DNA of 63,766 nt from an uncultured Verrucomicrobia subdivision 3 bacterium (GCA_903820285.1 CAIJGS010000008.1:1-63766); one strand, 5' to 3'. Counted from the stretch's first letter, positions 8,997 to 18,884 are shown. The notes: generated from the letters alone by a model not told the origin. Translations and numbers: made by a program.

Positions 8997-9920
8997 TTAC
9001 CCAATGCACCGCAAGGACTCTTCCCACAACCTGTCCGCATTCGCCGGATCGAGCGCATAGGCTGCCACCCCGCCAAAATCCGCCGGCCGCCGGTCAACCC
9101 GCGGAGCTTCCTGGCAATCCACAAAGAAACGCCCGCCAACACCAGCCAGCACGGACGATGTTGCCAGCCAAACCGAGGTGGCCGCCCCCTGCTCACAGGT
9201 CTTCCGCGATTCTGGCGGGGTGATCATCCGGCCACCGATGTGCCGCTGCAGATTCGTCGCAATCGCTCCCGGATTCAGCGCATTGGCCGTAATGCCATCC
9301 TGCGCCCACCGCGCCGTGGCCCCAACCGCAAACAGCACATTGGCCGTCTTGGATTGCCCGTAAGCCAGCCAGGGATCATAGCGGCGAAAAGCAAAATTCA
9401 GGTCATCGAACACCACCGGCGACAGCCTGTGTGCCGCCGAACTGACCGCCACTATGCGTGCCTGCTCCGCCGCCGCCAGCGCCCCATGCAAACCTTGGGC
9501 CAGCGCGAAGTGTCCCAGATGATTGGTGGCAAACTGCAACTCCCAGCCCGCCGCCGTGCGTAATTCCGGCGTAGCCATGATGCCCGCATTATTGATCAGC
9601 ACATGCAGCGGCCCGGTCCACGATGCCACGAATTGTTTGATTGAAACTGGATCGGTGAGTTCAAGCTGGCGAATTTGAATTGTAGAATTACCCGTGGTGG
9701 CGGAAATATCCGCCGCCACCCGCGCCCCGGCGGCCAGATCACGCACCGCCAGCGTCACCTCCGCGCCAATGCCAGCCAGCGCCCGCGCCGTCTCCACCCC
9801 AATGCCCGAAGCGCCGCCGGTAATGATCACCCGCTTCCCTGAAAAATCAATTCCCCGCGCGACCTCTGCCGCCGTGGAATGAAACCCGAACATGCTTGTA
9901 ATGCCGGTCATAGCCAGCAA
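8997..9920 (-). CDS. Short-chain dehydrogenase/reductase (SDR) family oxidoreductase
   Basis: 307 aa. VIITGGASGIGVETARALA (TGxxxGxG), NNAG, and AYGQSKTAN (YxxxK). Confidence 0.85.
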   Translation of the reverse strand: MLAMTGITSMFGFHSTAAEVARGIDFSGKRVIITGGASGIGVETARALAGIGAEVTLAVRDLAAGARVAADISATTGNSTIQIRQLELTDPVSIKQFVASWTGPLHVLINNAGIMATPELRTAAGWELQFATNHLGHFALAQGLHGALAAAEQARIVAVSSAAHRLSPVVFDDLNFAFRRYDPWLAYGQSKTANVLFAVGATARWAQDGITANALNPGAIATNLQRHIGGRMITPPESRKTCEQGAATSVWLATSSVLAGVGGRFFVDCQEAPRVDRRPADFGGVAAYALDPANADRLWEESLRCIG

Positions 9921-10069
9921 GGTGTAACATCCTTTGCCCCTGACATCCAGCGCATTACCTGCCCCAAATCAAATGCTTTTGGCCCTGGCTGCACTTTATC
10001 CCTCCTCCTTGGCGTCCGCTGAAAATTCGCATCGGCCCCGCCACCGCCGTCAGACTGTGCTTCCGTCGG

Positions 10070-11389
10070 TTACTGGCTTTTCTTCTCCGCCGATTCATCG
10101 CGCACAAACTGCACCAGCACCGCCGCAATGATCATGCAGATGCCCCCGGCCACCACCGCCGCCAGCCGGTTGTTGCCGAGCACATGGTTCATCACCCAGC
10201 CGAAACCCAGCGAAGCGCCGATCTCCGGCAGCACGATGAAGAAATTGAAAATGCCCATGTATACCCCCGTGCGCGCCGGCGGCAGCGAACTCGCCAGAAT
10301 GGCGTATGGCATCGACAAAATACTCGCCCACGCAATCCCCACCCCCGTCATCGAAGCCAGCAACATCCACTTGTCATGAATCACCGATACCGACAGCAAC
10401 CCCGCCGCGCCACACAGCAGACACACCGTGTGAATTGTCTTGCGGCTGAATCGTTCCGCCAGCGACACCAGCAGGAACGAGAACACAAACGTCACCACCG
10501 AATACATCGAGAAACACAGCCCGCCCCACTCGATGCCCGAGGAATAAAGCGTGGACTTCTCATCTACCGCCCCAAAAACATTACGCGCCACCGCCACCGG
10601 GAAATAGAGCCACATGCAGAACAGCCCCAGCCAGGTAAAAATCTGCACCCACGCCAGCCGCTTCATCGTGGACGGCATCTCCTTGAGTGCCGACAGAACC
10701 TCACGCGTGCTGCCCGCCAGCCCGCTCTTCTGCGCCCTCATGCGCTTGAACTCCTCCAGATTTTCCGGCGGATATTCCTTCGTCGTAAACACCGTCCATA
10801 ACACCGCAATCAAAATGGCCGCCGCCCCCACGTAAAACGAATAGCGAATCGTAATCGGAATCGTGTGCCCCGTTCCCGAGGAACTGTCCAGGTGAAACCA
10901 GTTCGTCATCATCCACGGCAGCGCCGAAGCCACCACCGCCCCCAGCCCGATGAACAGGCTTTGCACGCCATATCCCTGCGTGTGCTGCTCATCCGGCAGC
11001 ATGTCCGCCACCAGCGCCCGCAGTGGCTGCATGGAGATATTAATGGAGGCATCCAGAATCCACAGCAAACCCGCCGCCATCCAGAGCGTTGAGGAATTCG
11101 GCATCAACACCAGTGCGAACGAAGTCAGCAATGCACCATAAAGCAAAAACGGACGCCGCCGCCCCAGCCGGCCCCACGTGTGATCGCTCACATTCCCGAT
11201 GATCGGCTGTACCAGCAATCCCGTCAGCGGTGCCGCCAGCCAAAGCATGGGAATCTGGTCCGGTTTGGCCCCGAGATATTCGTAAATGGCGCTCATGTTC
11301 GCCATCTGCAATCCGAAGCCAAACTGGATCCCCAGAAACCCAAAACTCATGTTCCAAATCTGCCAAAAATTCAGGCGCGGTTTTTGCAT
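10070..11389 (-). CDS. MFS transporter, GPH/SLC45-like sugar:cation symporter
   Basis: 439 aa with about 12 TM. N-terminus [30 protein letters not shown]...[20 protein letters not shown], as seen in SLC45/sucrose-maltose type carriers. Confidence 0.8.
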   Translation of the reverse strand: MQKPRLNFWQIWNMSFGFLGIQFGFGLQMANMSAIYEYLGAKPDQIPMLWLAAPLTGLLVQPIIGNVSDHTWGRLGRRRPFLLYGALLTSFALVLMPNSSTLWMAAGLLWILDASINISMQPLRALVADMLPDEQHTQGYGVQSLFIGLGAVVASALPWMMTNWFHLDSSSGTGHTIPITIRYSFYVGAAAILIAVLWTVFTTKEYPPENLEEFKRMRAQKSGLAGSTREVLSALKEMPSTMKRLAWVQIFTWLGLFCMWLYFPVAVARNVFGAVDEKSTLYSSGIEWGGLCFSMYSVVTFVFSFLLVSLAERFSRKTIHTVCLLCGAAGLLSVSVIHDKWMLLASMTGVGIAWASILSMPYAILASSLPPARTGVYMGIFNFFIVLPEIGASLGFGWVMNHVLGNNRLAAVVAGGICMIIAAVLVQFVRDESAEKKSQ

Positions 11390-11435
11390 GAGTCAGTATG
11401 TCGGTATGTGTATGTGCGTGTCAGTTGGTTTTGGT

Positions 11436-12833
11436 TCATTTGGCCGCCGCCGTCGTCACGACCGGGCGATGAAAAATGCGCCACTCAAACCCGTTGAGAT
11501 GAATCCCCGGCAGGACGCCCCCACTGGCTTCCGGCACGCCGGAAATCTTGATCGGTTGGTAACCGGCCGTTTCCGTGAGGTCCACCTTGGCGTTCACGGG
11601 GCGGCTCGATAGATTGATCGCCACCACAAATTCATCCTGGTCATCGGCCCGCCGGAACGTCACCAACCGCGCCTCCTCCGAATTGTGCAGCCAATCCACG
11701 CGATCCGTCCGCAAGGCGGGATACTGCTTCCGCAGCTGGATCAGGTCATGATACACCTTCTGCAGTGGCAGCCGTTCCTTGGGCGCCCAGAAAATCGTCA
11801 GCTTGTCAAACAGCGCCGGATCGCCGGATTCCGTCGCATCCCCCACTTCCATGCCGTTGTACAGCAGCGGCACCCCATCCAGCGTGAACATCAGCGCCGA
11901 GGCGGCCAGCGCGCCGTTCAGGCCGTAGCGCGCCACCGCGCGGGCTTCGTCGTGATCATCCGTAATGCGCAGGTGCAGTGCGCCCTTCGGAAACCGGCTG
12001 TGATTTTCCTCCCACGTGTGGCGCAAATCTGCCGCCGGGGCATCGTGGATCAGTACCCCGTTGATCGTGGCCAGCAGCGGCCAGGAATAATCAATGTCAA
12101 ACGCCTTCACCAGCAGCTCGGGCTTGCTCGCCTCCGCCAGCATCATAATGTCCGGCTTCACCTTGGTCAGCTCATCGCGCACCTGTTCCCAGAAATCCGT
12201 CGGCACCATGTAAGCCACATCGCAGCGGAACCCGTCCACATCCGCCTGCTTGATCCAATACTTCAGCATGTCCGTCATGTACGTCCGCAGCCCCGGGCTG
12301 GCATAATTCAGCCCTGCCACATCCGTCCATTCCGGCACCGGCGGAATCACGTGTCCCGGCGCGTCCTGCTTGTAAAAATCCGGGTGCGCCATCATCACAC
12401 TGTCCCACGCCGTGTGGTTCGCCACCAGATCCATGATCACTTTCATGCCCCGCTGATGCGCCCCGGCCACCAGTTGCTTGAAATCCTCCAGCGTCCCGTA
12501 ATTGGGATCCACCGCGTAATAATCCTTGATCGAATAGGGACTGCCAAACTCACCCTTGCGAAATTTTTCACCGATCGGATGAATCGGCATGATCCATAGG
12601 ATGCCCACGCCCAGATTTCTCAAGCTGTCCAGATGTGCCGTCACCCCCCGCAGATTTCCCGCCGGGGAAAAATCGCGCGGAAAGATTTCATAGATGGTCC
12701 CGCTGCGCAGCCATTCCGGCGAAGGCCGGGCCGGCACCGCGGCCAGACTCGGGTCAGCCTGCGCCGGCAACAGTCCCAGGCAGACCGCCGCCAGCGAAGC
12801 CCACGATTTGAGGGGAGCACGAAAAAATGACAT
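11436..12833 (-). CDS. Secreted GH13 alpha-amylase-family glycoside hydrolase
   Basis: 465 aa with a signal peptide. GH13 regions: MDLVANHTA, GFRCDVAYMVP, MMLAEAS, ITDDHDE. Confidence 0.85.
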   Translation of the reverse strand: MSFFRAPLKSWASLAAVCLGLLPAQADPSLAAVPARPSPEWLRSGTIYEIFPRDFSPAGNLRGVTAHLDSLRNLGVGILWIMPIHPIGEKFRKGEFGSPYSIKDYYAVDPNYGTLEDFKQLVAGAHQRGMKVIMDLVANHTAWDSVMMAHPDFYKQDAPGHVIPPVPEWTDVAGLNYASPGLRTYMTDMLKYWIKQADVDGFRCDVAYMVPTDFWEQVRDELTKVKPDIMMLAEASKPELLVKAFDIDYSWPLLATINGVLIHDAPAADLRHTWEENHSRFPKGALHLRITDDHDEARAVARYGLNGALAASALMFTLDGVPLLYNGMEVGDATESGDPALFDKLTIFWAPKERLPLQKVYHDLIQLRKQYPALRTDRVDWLHNSEEARLVTFRRADDQDEFVVAINLSSRPVNAKVDLTETAGYQPIKISGVPEASGGVLPGIHLNGFEWRIFHRPVVTTAAAK

Positions 12834-12893
12834 GGTAGTTATATACTCGTTGGACCAAACCGGCGTAACCGCACGATGATGCGGTCCGCGCGT

Positions 12894-13739
12894 TCAATTC
12901 TGCGGAGTGCGGGCCGCCAGCCACAGCATGTCCTTGTCAGTTATGCTGCAACTGACCTGCTGAACCGTCGCGAAAGTAACGTTTTGGTGGGTGGTCATGA
13001 CCGAGTCCACCCATTTGTGAATCTCGGAATGGCCGTCGGCAAAACCCAGGCCGCAAGCCCCGCCATGCTGGCAGCCCGGCAGTTCCGTGAATTTGGTGGT
13101 GGCATAGCTCGAAGTGTACATGAGCGCATCATCCACGCTGTCCGGATGCTCATCCGAAATTACCCAGCAATCACTCGGGCCGGGGGTGTGAAAATCCGAC
13201 GATTTCTTGACCACATACCATTGCGTCCAGCCAAAAGGATTGCCGGGCTGGTTGTATTTGTCGCCATCGCCAATCGCCCCGTTCATCGCCACGCTGCGCA
13301 CCCGGTGGTCCCACCCCTGCGTCCGCTGGGCGCCACTCACATAATTCGCCGCCGGACAGGCAAACACCTTGGCTGATTTGCCCAGAAACGATCCCAGCAG
13401 CGAATACTTGTCATTCAGCACGTAGTCAATATTGGTGTTATTAAACCCCGTGCCCCAGTCCACCGTGCCGGCAATCCAGGATGGATTCGAACTGTTGGCC
13501 GGAAAAAACGTGGTGCTATTGACGTGCGGATCGCTGTTGATCGCCAGACGGTCGCCGTTATCGCCGGAATACATGACCCAGGCCAGTAACAACTGCCGCT
13601 TGTCACTCATGCAGGAGGCGGCCGCCGCGCGCGTTTTGGCTTTGGCCAGGGCGGGCAGCAGCATGGCGGCAAGAATAGCGATGATCGCAATAACCACCAG
13701 CAGTTCAATCAGGGTAAAGGCAGACCGGCGAGTTTTCAT
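12894..13739 (-). CDS. Prepilin-type N-terminal cleavage/methylation protein with H-X9-DG C-terminal motif (DUF1559-like pseudopilin)
   Basis: 281 aa. [31 protein letters not shown], then C-terminal [14 protein letters not shown] (H-X9-DG). Confidence 0.85.
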   Translation of the reverse strand: MKTRRSAFTLIELLVVIAIIAILAAMLLPALAKAKTRAAAASCMSDKRQLLLAWVMYSGDNGDRLAINSDPHVNSTTFFPANSSNPSWIAGTVDWGTGFNNTNIDYVLNDKYSLLGSFLGKSAKVFACPAANYVSGAQRTQGWDHRVRSVAMNGAIGDGDKYNQPGNPFGWTQWYVVKKSSDFHTPGPSDCWVISDEHPDSVDDALMYTSSYATTKFTELPGCQHGGACGLGFADGHSEIHKWVDSVMTTHQNVTFATVQQVSCSITDKDMLWLAARTPQN

Positions 13740-13814
13740 ATTTGTTTATCTTTGCCTTCCGCCGGGCGGCCCCACGGCCGCCCGGACGGAAGACTGTTTT
13801 AGACTTTCGTTACC

Positions 13815-15485
13815 TCAGGGCTTCACGAGGCGGAAGAACGCCTTGCTGCTGGCCGGCCAGTTAGTTTGGCTCACAAACCCGTTGGTCGAGAAGGATCCGT
13901 TCGTCCAAGAGTTACCGTCGGTGCCCGTCACATCCTGCCAGGTGCCGCCCGTCAGATCGCTCTTCACCTGCAATTTCAGACCGGGACGGCCCAGCCAGGT
14001 CACCGGGACCGTGCTGCCAGCTTTGGCCCCCACGGCCAGGCGGCCATCCGCCGTTGTGGTCGCGGTGAAGTACGGTTCCGAATACATCGTCGCAAAGGTA
14101 TCCTGCTGCAGCGGATACGGATTGAATCCCGTGGCACGCACCACCCGGTAATGATTCATGCCATAGCCGGCTTCATCATCCGCAGGTCCGCCATTGCCAT
14201 TGATGCCAATGCCATACTTGTACTGGAAGGCCGGCGAGGCACCTTTGGGAATCACGATCGTATTCGAGAATATGCCGCTGCCCACCGGCGTTTCAAACAA
14301 CTGATAACCGGCCGGCGCATTGGCCGGATTGATGCCACCGTACCAGGGATACCAGTTGGAAAACTGGCCGTTCACGAACACATTGTCCGACGTCGGATCA
14401 AACACATGCGCATCCGTTCCCACCGCGCCATTCATGTTGATCACGAAACTCACCGGCGTATCCGCCTGCAACACGTCATTGCCCAGCTGATCATTGAAAT
14501 ACACCGCCGGCAGGTTGGTGATGCCCACGGCCGCCGCCGCTGATAGCACATAGCTGCGGTTGCCGCCACCGGTGGACAGCGGGGACTCCCACGTGGAATC
14601 GTTGAAATTGAACTTGTAACCATCCGTCACCCCCGCGTGATCAATGATCGTCACGATCGGGCTGTAATAAATGTTCGTATTGGCGGCCGTCGGATTGTTG
14701 GTCAGCGGATCGGCCCCGCCAGTCCAGTTGTTGAAATCGCCCCGCACATCAATCAGCATGCCCGGGGTGAACTGGCCGTTGGCGGTGTAGACCGACATGT
14801 CCACCGCGAACACAATCTGATTGGTCACCACTGCCGGCGCCGGTGCTCCGGCAATCCAGCGGCCGTTGGGCAGATCCAATTGGAACTGCACCGGCGCGTT
14901 ATTAGTGGGAGTCGTGAAGGTGCCATTGGCCCCGCCATTGCCGAAATCCGCGCCAAAGTTGACCTCGCTCCAGGTGTTCGGGGTGCGGAATTTGAAACCA
15001 TGCGTCCCCGCCGTTGCCACCACATAGGTAACCGTATAAACCCCGCCGCCGGCACTCGTCATCTGCGCCGCCGCATCACTGCCCCAGTTCGGACTCGTAA
15101 AATCACCGGTGACTTCCCAGGCCATGTTACCCGGATCGGCATAACCCACGCGATTGACTCCCGGAGACCAGCCATCGTTAACCACCCCGGGAAAAAAATT
15201 AATGGTGCTGTTGCCGCTGGCGTCATACTTCAGCTGCATATTATTGCCCGGCCAGTAATTGTTCCAAGTACCGTCCGTGACCTTCAAGTTTTCATAGCTT
15301 CCTGCCGTGCCGCCGGTGATGGCGAAGGTGTATTGCGTTGGTCCACCGCTCATCGCCGTGGCGCTGGGGTTGGCCCAGCTGTTGTAATCGCCCACCGCAT
15401 AATACGGCTGGGCCTGGGATTTCAGAACCAGCAGCCCGGCCAGGGCCGCTAAGCTCAGAATTTGTTTCTTGGCAAGTGTCGTCAT
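13815..15485 (-). CDS. Secreted protein with four GDFNxW-type (CBM48/CBM20-like) putative glucan-binding modules
   Basis: ORF track gives 13815..15539. The likely start is MTTLAKKQILSLAALAGLLVLKSQAQ (ATG at 15485). Modules begin AVGDYNSWAN, VTGDFTSPNW, VRGDFNNWTG, VNGQFSNWYP. The C-terminus is LKLQVKSDLTGGTWQDV...AFFRLVKP. Confidence 0.7.
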   Translation of the reverse strand: MTTLAKKQILSLAALAGLLVLKSQAQPYYAVGDYNSWANPSATAMSGGPTQYTFAITGGTAGSYENLKVTDGTWNNYWPGNNMQLKYDASGNSTINFFPGVVNDGWSPGVNRVGYADPGNMAWEVTGDFTSPNWGSDAAAQMTSAGGGVYTVTYVVATAGTHGFKFRTPNTWSEVNFGADFGNGGANGTFTTPTNNAPVQFQLDLPNGRWIAGAPAPAVVTNQIVFAVDMSVYTANGQFTPGMLIDVRGDFNNWTGGADPLTNNPTAANTNIYYSPIVTIIDHAGVTDGYKFNFNDSTWESPLSTGGGNRSYVLSAAAAVGITNLPAVYFNDQLGNDVLQADTPVSFVINMNGAVGTDAHVFDPTSDNVFVNGQFSNWYPWYGGINPANAPAGYQLFETPVGSGIFSNTIVIPKGASPAFQYKYGIGINGNGGPADDEAGYGMNHYRVVRATGFNPYPLQQDTFATMYSEPYFTATTTADGRLAVGAKAGSTVPVTWLGRPGLKLQVKSDLTGGTWQDVTGTDGNSWTNGSFSTNGFVSQTNWPASSKAFFRLVKP

Positions 15486-15679
15486 ATGGTTTGAACTGGA
15501 TTGGACCCCGACTGTCAGGACATCGACAGTGCTGCACAAATTCGTATGCCAGTACGGCCAGGGATTGATACTATCCTAGTCCACTTTGACCAGACTTCCA
15601 TCGCATCTTTGTGCGGTAGGCGTTCCTCCGGGAGCCGGACGGCAAAACCCCTGTAAAATCAAGCTGAAATGCCCGCCGC

Positions 15680-16306
15680 TTATCCCCGCAGATACTTCAC
15701 CACCGCCTCCGTGCGGGAGTGAACATGCAGTTTTTCATACACCGTCCGCACATAACTGCGCACCGTATCAATGCTGATGTTCATCCGGTCGGCGATTTCC
15801 TTGTAAGCATAGCCGTTCGCCAGTTGATCCAGAAATTCCCGCTCCGCCGGCGTCAGCTTGGCCAGCGGCGAGGCCGCCCCCGTCGGCTTGGAAAAGAAAC
15901 TCACCACCCGCCGCGCCAGCTGCGGCGTCATTGGCGACCCGCCGTCAAACACATCGCGGATCGCCTCCAGCAATCGCGCCGACGCCGTCCGCTTCAACAG
16001 ATACCCGCTCGCCCCCGCCCGGAGCGAATTGAACAGCGAATCGCTGTCCTCATACACCGTCAGCATCAGAAACTGCACCGTGGGATGCGCCGCCTTGAGC
16101 TGGCGCACACATTCATATCCCTTCATCCCCGGCAAATTGATATCCATCAACACCACGTCCGGCAGCACCTTCGGAATCTCCTTCAACGCCGTCTCCGCAT
16201 TGGCATAGCCACCCACCAGCTTGTAACCCGGCGCGCGCTCAATCAGCGCCGACAGGCTCGCCAGAATGCCCTCATCATCATCTACAATGGCAACTTTGAT
16301 CTGCAT
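15680..16306 (-). CDS. NarL/FixJ-family response regulator (REC + LuxR HTH)
   Basis: ORF track gives 15680..16435. The N-terminal 43 aa translate a tandem repeat, so the start is set at MQIKVAIVDDDEG (ATG at 16306). Contains DVVLMDINLPGMKG and the C-terminal LTPAEREFLDQLANGYAYKEIADRMNISIDTVRSYV. Confidence 0.85.
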   Translation of the reverse strand: MQIKVAIVDDDEGILASLSALIERAPGYKLVGGYANAETALKEIPKVLPDVVLMDINLPGMKGYECVRQLKAAHPTVQFLMLTVYEDSDSLFNSLRAGASGYLLKRTASARLLEAIRDVFDGGSPMTPQLARRVVSFFSKPTGAASPLAKLTPAEREFLDQLANGYAYKEIADRMNISIDTVRSYVRTVYEKLHVHSRTEAVVKYLRG

Positions 16307-16365
16307 AAATATGGGAAGTAAGGTAAAAGTAGATTGGCGCTCGCATAACTTCAACGCCGGAAATG

Positions 16366-16414
16366 GATGTTCGATGTTCGATGTTGGATGTTCGATGTTG
16401 GATGTTGGATGTTT
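16366..16414. repeat. Seven tandem heptamers GATGTTS in the HK-RR intercistronic spacer
   Basis: gatgttc gatgttc gatgttg gatgttc gatgttg gatgttg gatgttt. The mRNA sense is AACATCS x7. Related to the 14-mer array at 48580-48642. Confidence 0.9.
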
Positions 16415-16431
16415 CCCCAGTTTGGACCCCA

Positions 16432-17853
16432 TCACCCCGGAAATTTCACCCGGAACTCCACCCGCGTCCCCTGGCCTGGTTCCGTCGTAAAGGTAAGCTG
16501 CCCCCCCACCGCCTCCGCCCGGCGACGCATGTTCTCCAGTCCGTTATGCCGCCCGTTCGTCGCCGCCGAAGTCAGGTCAAACCCCTGCCCGTCATCCGCA
16601 ATCACAATCGCCAGTTCCTGGTCCGCCACCTTGACCTGCACATTCACCACCGTGGCCCGCGAATGTTTCAACACATTGGTCAGCGCCTCTTTGCCAATCA
16701 GAAAAATGTTATGCCGCACATCCGGCGGCAGCGCCTGCGCCGGCAGATCCGGCGGAAAATCCAGCCGGCAGCGCGTATTCCCGGCCGAAAAAGTCTCATT
16801 CGCAAAATGCACCAGGTAATCCACCAGACTCTGCAGCGTGTCACTCCCCGGCCGCACCGCCCACACGATTTCCTCCAGCGCCAGCACCGTCTGGTCCGCC
16901 GATTGCGCGATCTTTTCCGCGTGCACCTCCACTTGCGCCGGATTATGCCGGTCCGCCTGCAACAACCCTCCCAGCAGCGAAATGCGCGTCAGCAGCGACC
17001 CCAGTTCGTCATGCAAATCCTGCGCAATGCGCGTCCGCTCCTGCTCCAGCGCATGCTGTTTTTCCATCCGCTGCAACTGGAGTTGGAACTTCCGCTTTTC
17101 CACCACCCGCACCGAAAACACCAGCATCCCCAGAAAACCCAGCGCCAGCCCCCCGTCAAACCACCACGTCTGCCAGAAATACACCACCACAAAATCGTTG
17201 AACGACGTCGCCACCGCCATGTCGCTGAAAATCCATCCGTTGCCGCCGCCATCATGCCGCAGCCGGATCTCGTCAAAACACGCATTCGCCTTGAACTTGG
17301 TCGTGATGCTTTCCAGCTGGTTTTCCGCCGTGGCCCCATGCGTAAGGTTCGGATCCAGCCACACTGTCACCATGGCATCCGCCCCGGGAATATATTGCAC
17401 CCGGAAGACAATCGTCTTGTCGTGATTATGATTCGGCAGCTCGTAGGGCTGGAATTCCCCCAGCCGGGAGGCCTCCGGATGCGCTGACCGCAGATTGAAT
17501 TCGCCCGCCAGCCGGTTGGATGGCCCGGTCTCCGAGGTATACGCCGCCGAATACCCCCATGCCTCCAGCGCATTGCCCATCCCCAGCCGGTACTGGTTGG
17601 TTTCCACCAGTTGAAACAAAGCCAGATACGGCTCGTTGGAAACATCCGAAAGCGGATCCACATGAAACTTGAAGTACAGTACATCGGCGGACTTGCCGTC
17701 CCGCTTCACCTTGCCCCCCAGAATATCCGCCCCCGCCCCCGCCACATGGACCACCCGCGAACCCGGGTCGCTCCACAAAATGGTCGCCCGCGCCGGCAGG
17801 CAAACCCAAAGCGCCAGCAGCCAGCCGGCATACAAGGCAGGATAACGGGGCAT
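16432..17853 (-). CDS. Sensor histidine kinase (HisKA_3 + HATPase_c) with about 270-aa periplasmic domain
   Basis: ORF track gives 16432..18087. The likely start is MPRYPALYAGWLLALWVCLPARA (ATG at 17853). H-box AQDLHDELGSLLT; ATPase DDGQGF. Confidence 0.8.
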   Translation of the reverse strand: MPRYPALYAGWLLALWVCLPARATILWSDPGSRVVHVAGAGADILGGKVKRDGKSADVLYFKFHVDPLSDVSNEPYLALFQLVETNQYRLGMGNALEAWGYSAAYTSETGPSNRLAGEFNLRSAHPEASRLGEFQPYELPNHNHDKTIVFRVQYIPGADAMVTVWLDPNLTHGATAENQLESITTKFKANACFDEIRLRHDGGGNGWIFSDMAVATSFNDFVVVYFWQTWWFDGGLALGFLGMLVFSVRVVEKRKFQLQLQRMEKQHALEQERTRIAQDLHDELGSLLTRISLLGGLLQADRHNPAQVEVHAEKIAQSADQTVLALEEIVWAVRPGSDTLQSLVDYLVHFANETFSAGNTRCRLDFPPDLPAQALPPDVRHNIFLIGKEALTNVLKHSRATVVNVQVKVADQELAIVIADDGQGFDLTSAATNGRHNGLENMRRRAEAVGGQLTFTTEPGQGTRVEFRVKFPG

Positions 17854-18500
17854 GGAAAAAGTATGCCGCCGCCGCCCGGCCGGCACAAGCGGCATTCCTA
17901 ACGACCCAACCCACCGCACATTTATGCGGTTGTCAACCCGCCTGATATTTGCGAAAGTAAAATTTATGAATCCCCCTGCCCTGTACTCCAGGCTGGTTTT
18001 TGTATTTCGCGGCCCGCGCCACGATGGATTCGTCCCCTGCTGCTCCCCCGTTTTTTTCAGCCCCATAACCTTGAATTTATCCCCCAACTGACCATCTGCA
18101 TGTTGCTCCGCCCATCCAATTCCAGGAAAATTCCCCCCGTTTCAAGGTTGTCAGTTCCTTTTCCCGTCGCTCCGGTGCGTACTTCCCGTTGGCCTGACGG
18201 ACCCGCTGTGTGGAGGTATGCCCGCAACTGTCAGGTGACCACCCGGTCACCTGCGCCAAAGCTGCGGAAGGAGGCGCAGGGCCTGCGGACGTATCACCCA
18301 CTGCTTCCCTGCCGGGCCGGGTCATCGGCAAATTGACCCGGCCGGCATGGTTGATCCACTCAGACTGGCCGCCTGCCCCCAGGCCTTCGGTTGACCACGA
18401 ATCGCCCCTTCGTTGCTTGCAACCGTGGCGAGCCATGCCCGGCCACTGACGGATTTCTTGACCTGAACCCCCAAAGCCGCTAGACCTTACACCGCTATTT

Positions 18501-18884
18501 ATGGCAACCAAAACCATCATCAAACCCGCCCAATCACCGGCCGCTGTCGGCCCTTACAACCATGCTGTGCGCGTTGGCGACCTGCTGTTCTCCGCCGGCC
18601 AGATCCCGCTCAATCCGGCGGACGGCACCCTCGTGGCTGGCGACATCAAAGCCCAGACCGAACGCGTGCTCCAAAACGTCAAAGCCATCCTGGATGACCA
18701 GGGCCTTACGTTCAGCAACGTCATCAAAAGCACCGTCTTCATGACCAACCTCGCTGACTTCGCCGGTATGAACGAAGTGTACGCCAAGTATTTCACCGAG
18801 AATTTCCCGGCCCGCTCCACCGTTCAGGTGGCCGCGCTGCCCAAGGGCGCGAACGTGGAAATTGAAATCATCGCCCACTTCTAA
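18501..18884 (+). CDS. ridA: RidA/YjgF-family reactive enamine-imine deaminase
   Basis: 127 aa. AVGPYNHAVRVGDLLFSAGQIPLNP...FPARSTVQVAALPKGANVEIEIIA. Confidence 0.9.
   Translation: MATKTIIKPAQSPAAVGPYNHAVRVGDLLFSAGQIPLNPADGTLVAGDIKAQTERVLQNVKAILDDQGLTFSNVIKSTVFMTNLADFAGMNEVYAKYFTENFPARSTVQVAALPKGANVEIEIIAHF

Noticed and set aside
16307-16435. N-terminal 43 residues of the response-regulator ORF (MMGSKLGKHPTSNIEHPTSNIEHP...). The same applies to the N-terminal extensions of many longest-ORF calls (HK at 18087, eno-downstream ORF at 26193, giant protein at 31400, sigma2 at 36671, and others).
   Set aside because: The extensions translate tandem repeats or non-protein-like sequence. They precede an internal Met that begins a canonical signal peptide or domain (for example MQIKVAIVDDD for the REC domain). 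Starts were moved accordingly.
18226-18295. SRP (4.5S) RNA-like string: GTCAGGT ... CTGCGGAAGGAGGCGCAGG.
   Set aside because: The conserved GGUCCGGAAGGAAGCAGC core is not contiguous here. A separate hairpin interrupts it, the 3' side reads GGAGGCGCAG rather than GGAAGCAGC, and no matching helix-8 pairing could be drawn by eye. Only a cmscan could settle it.
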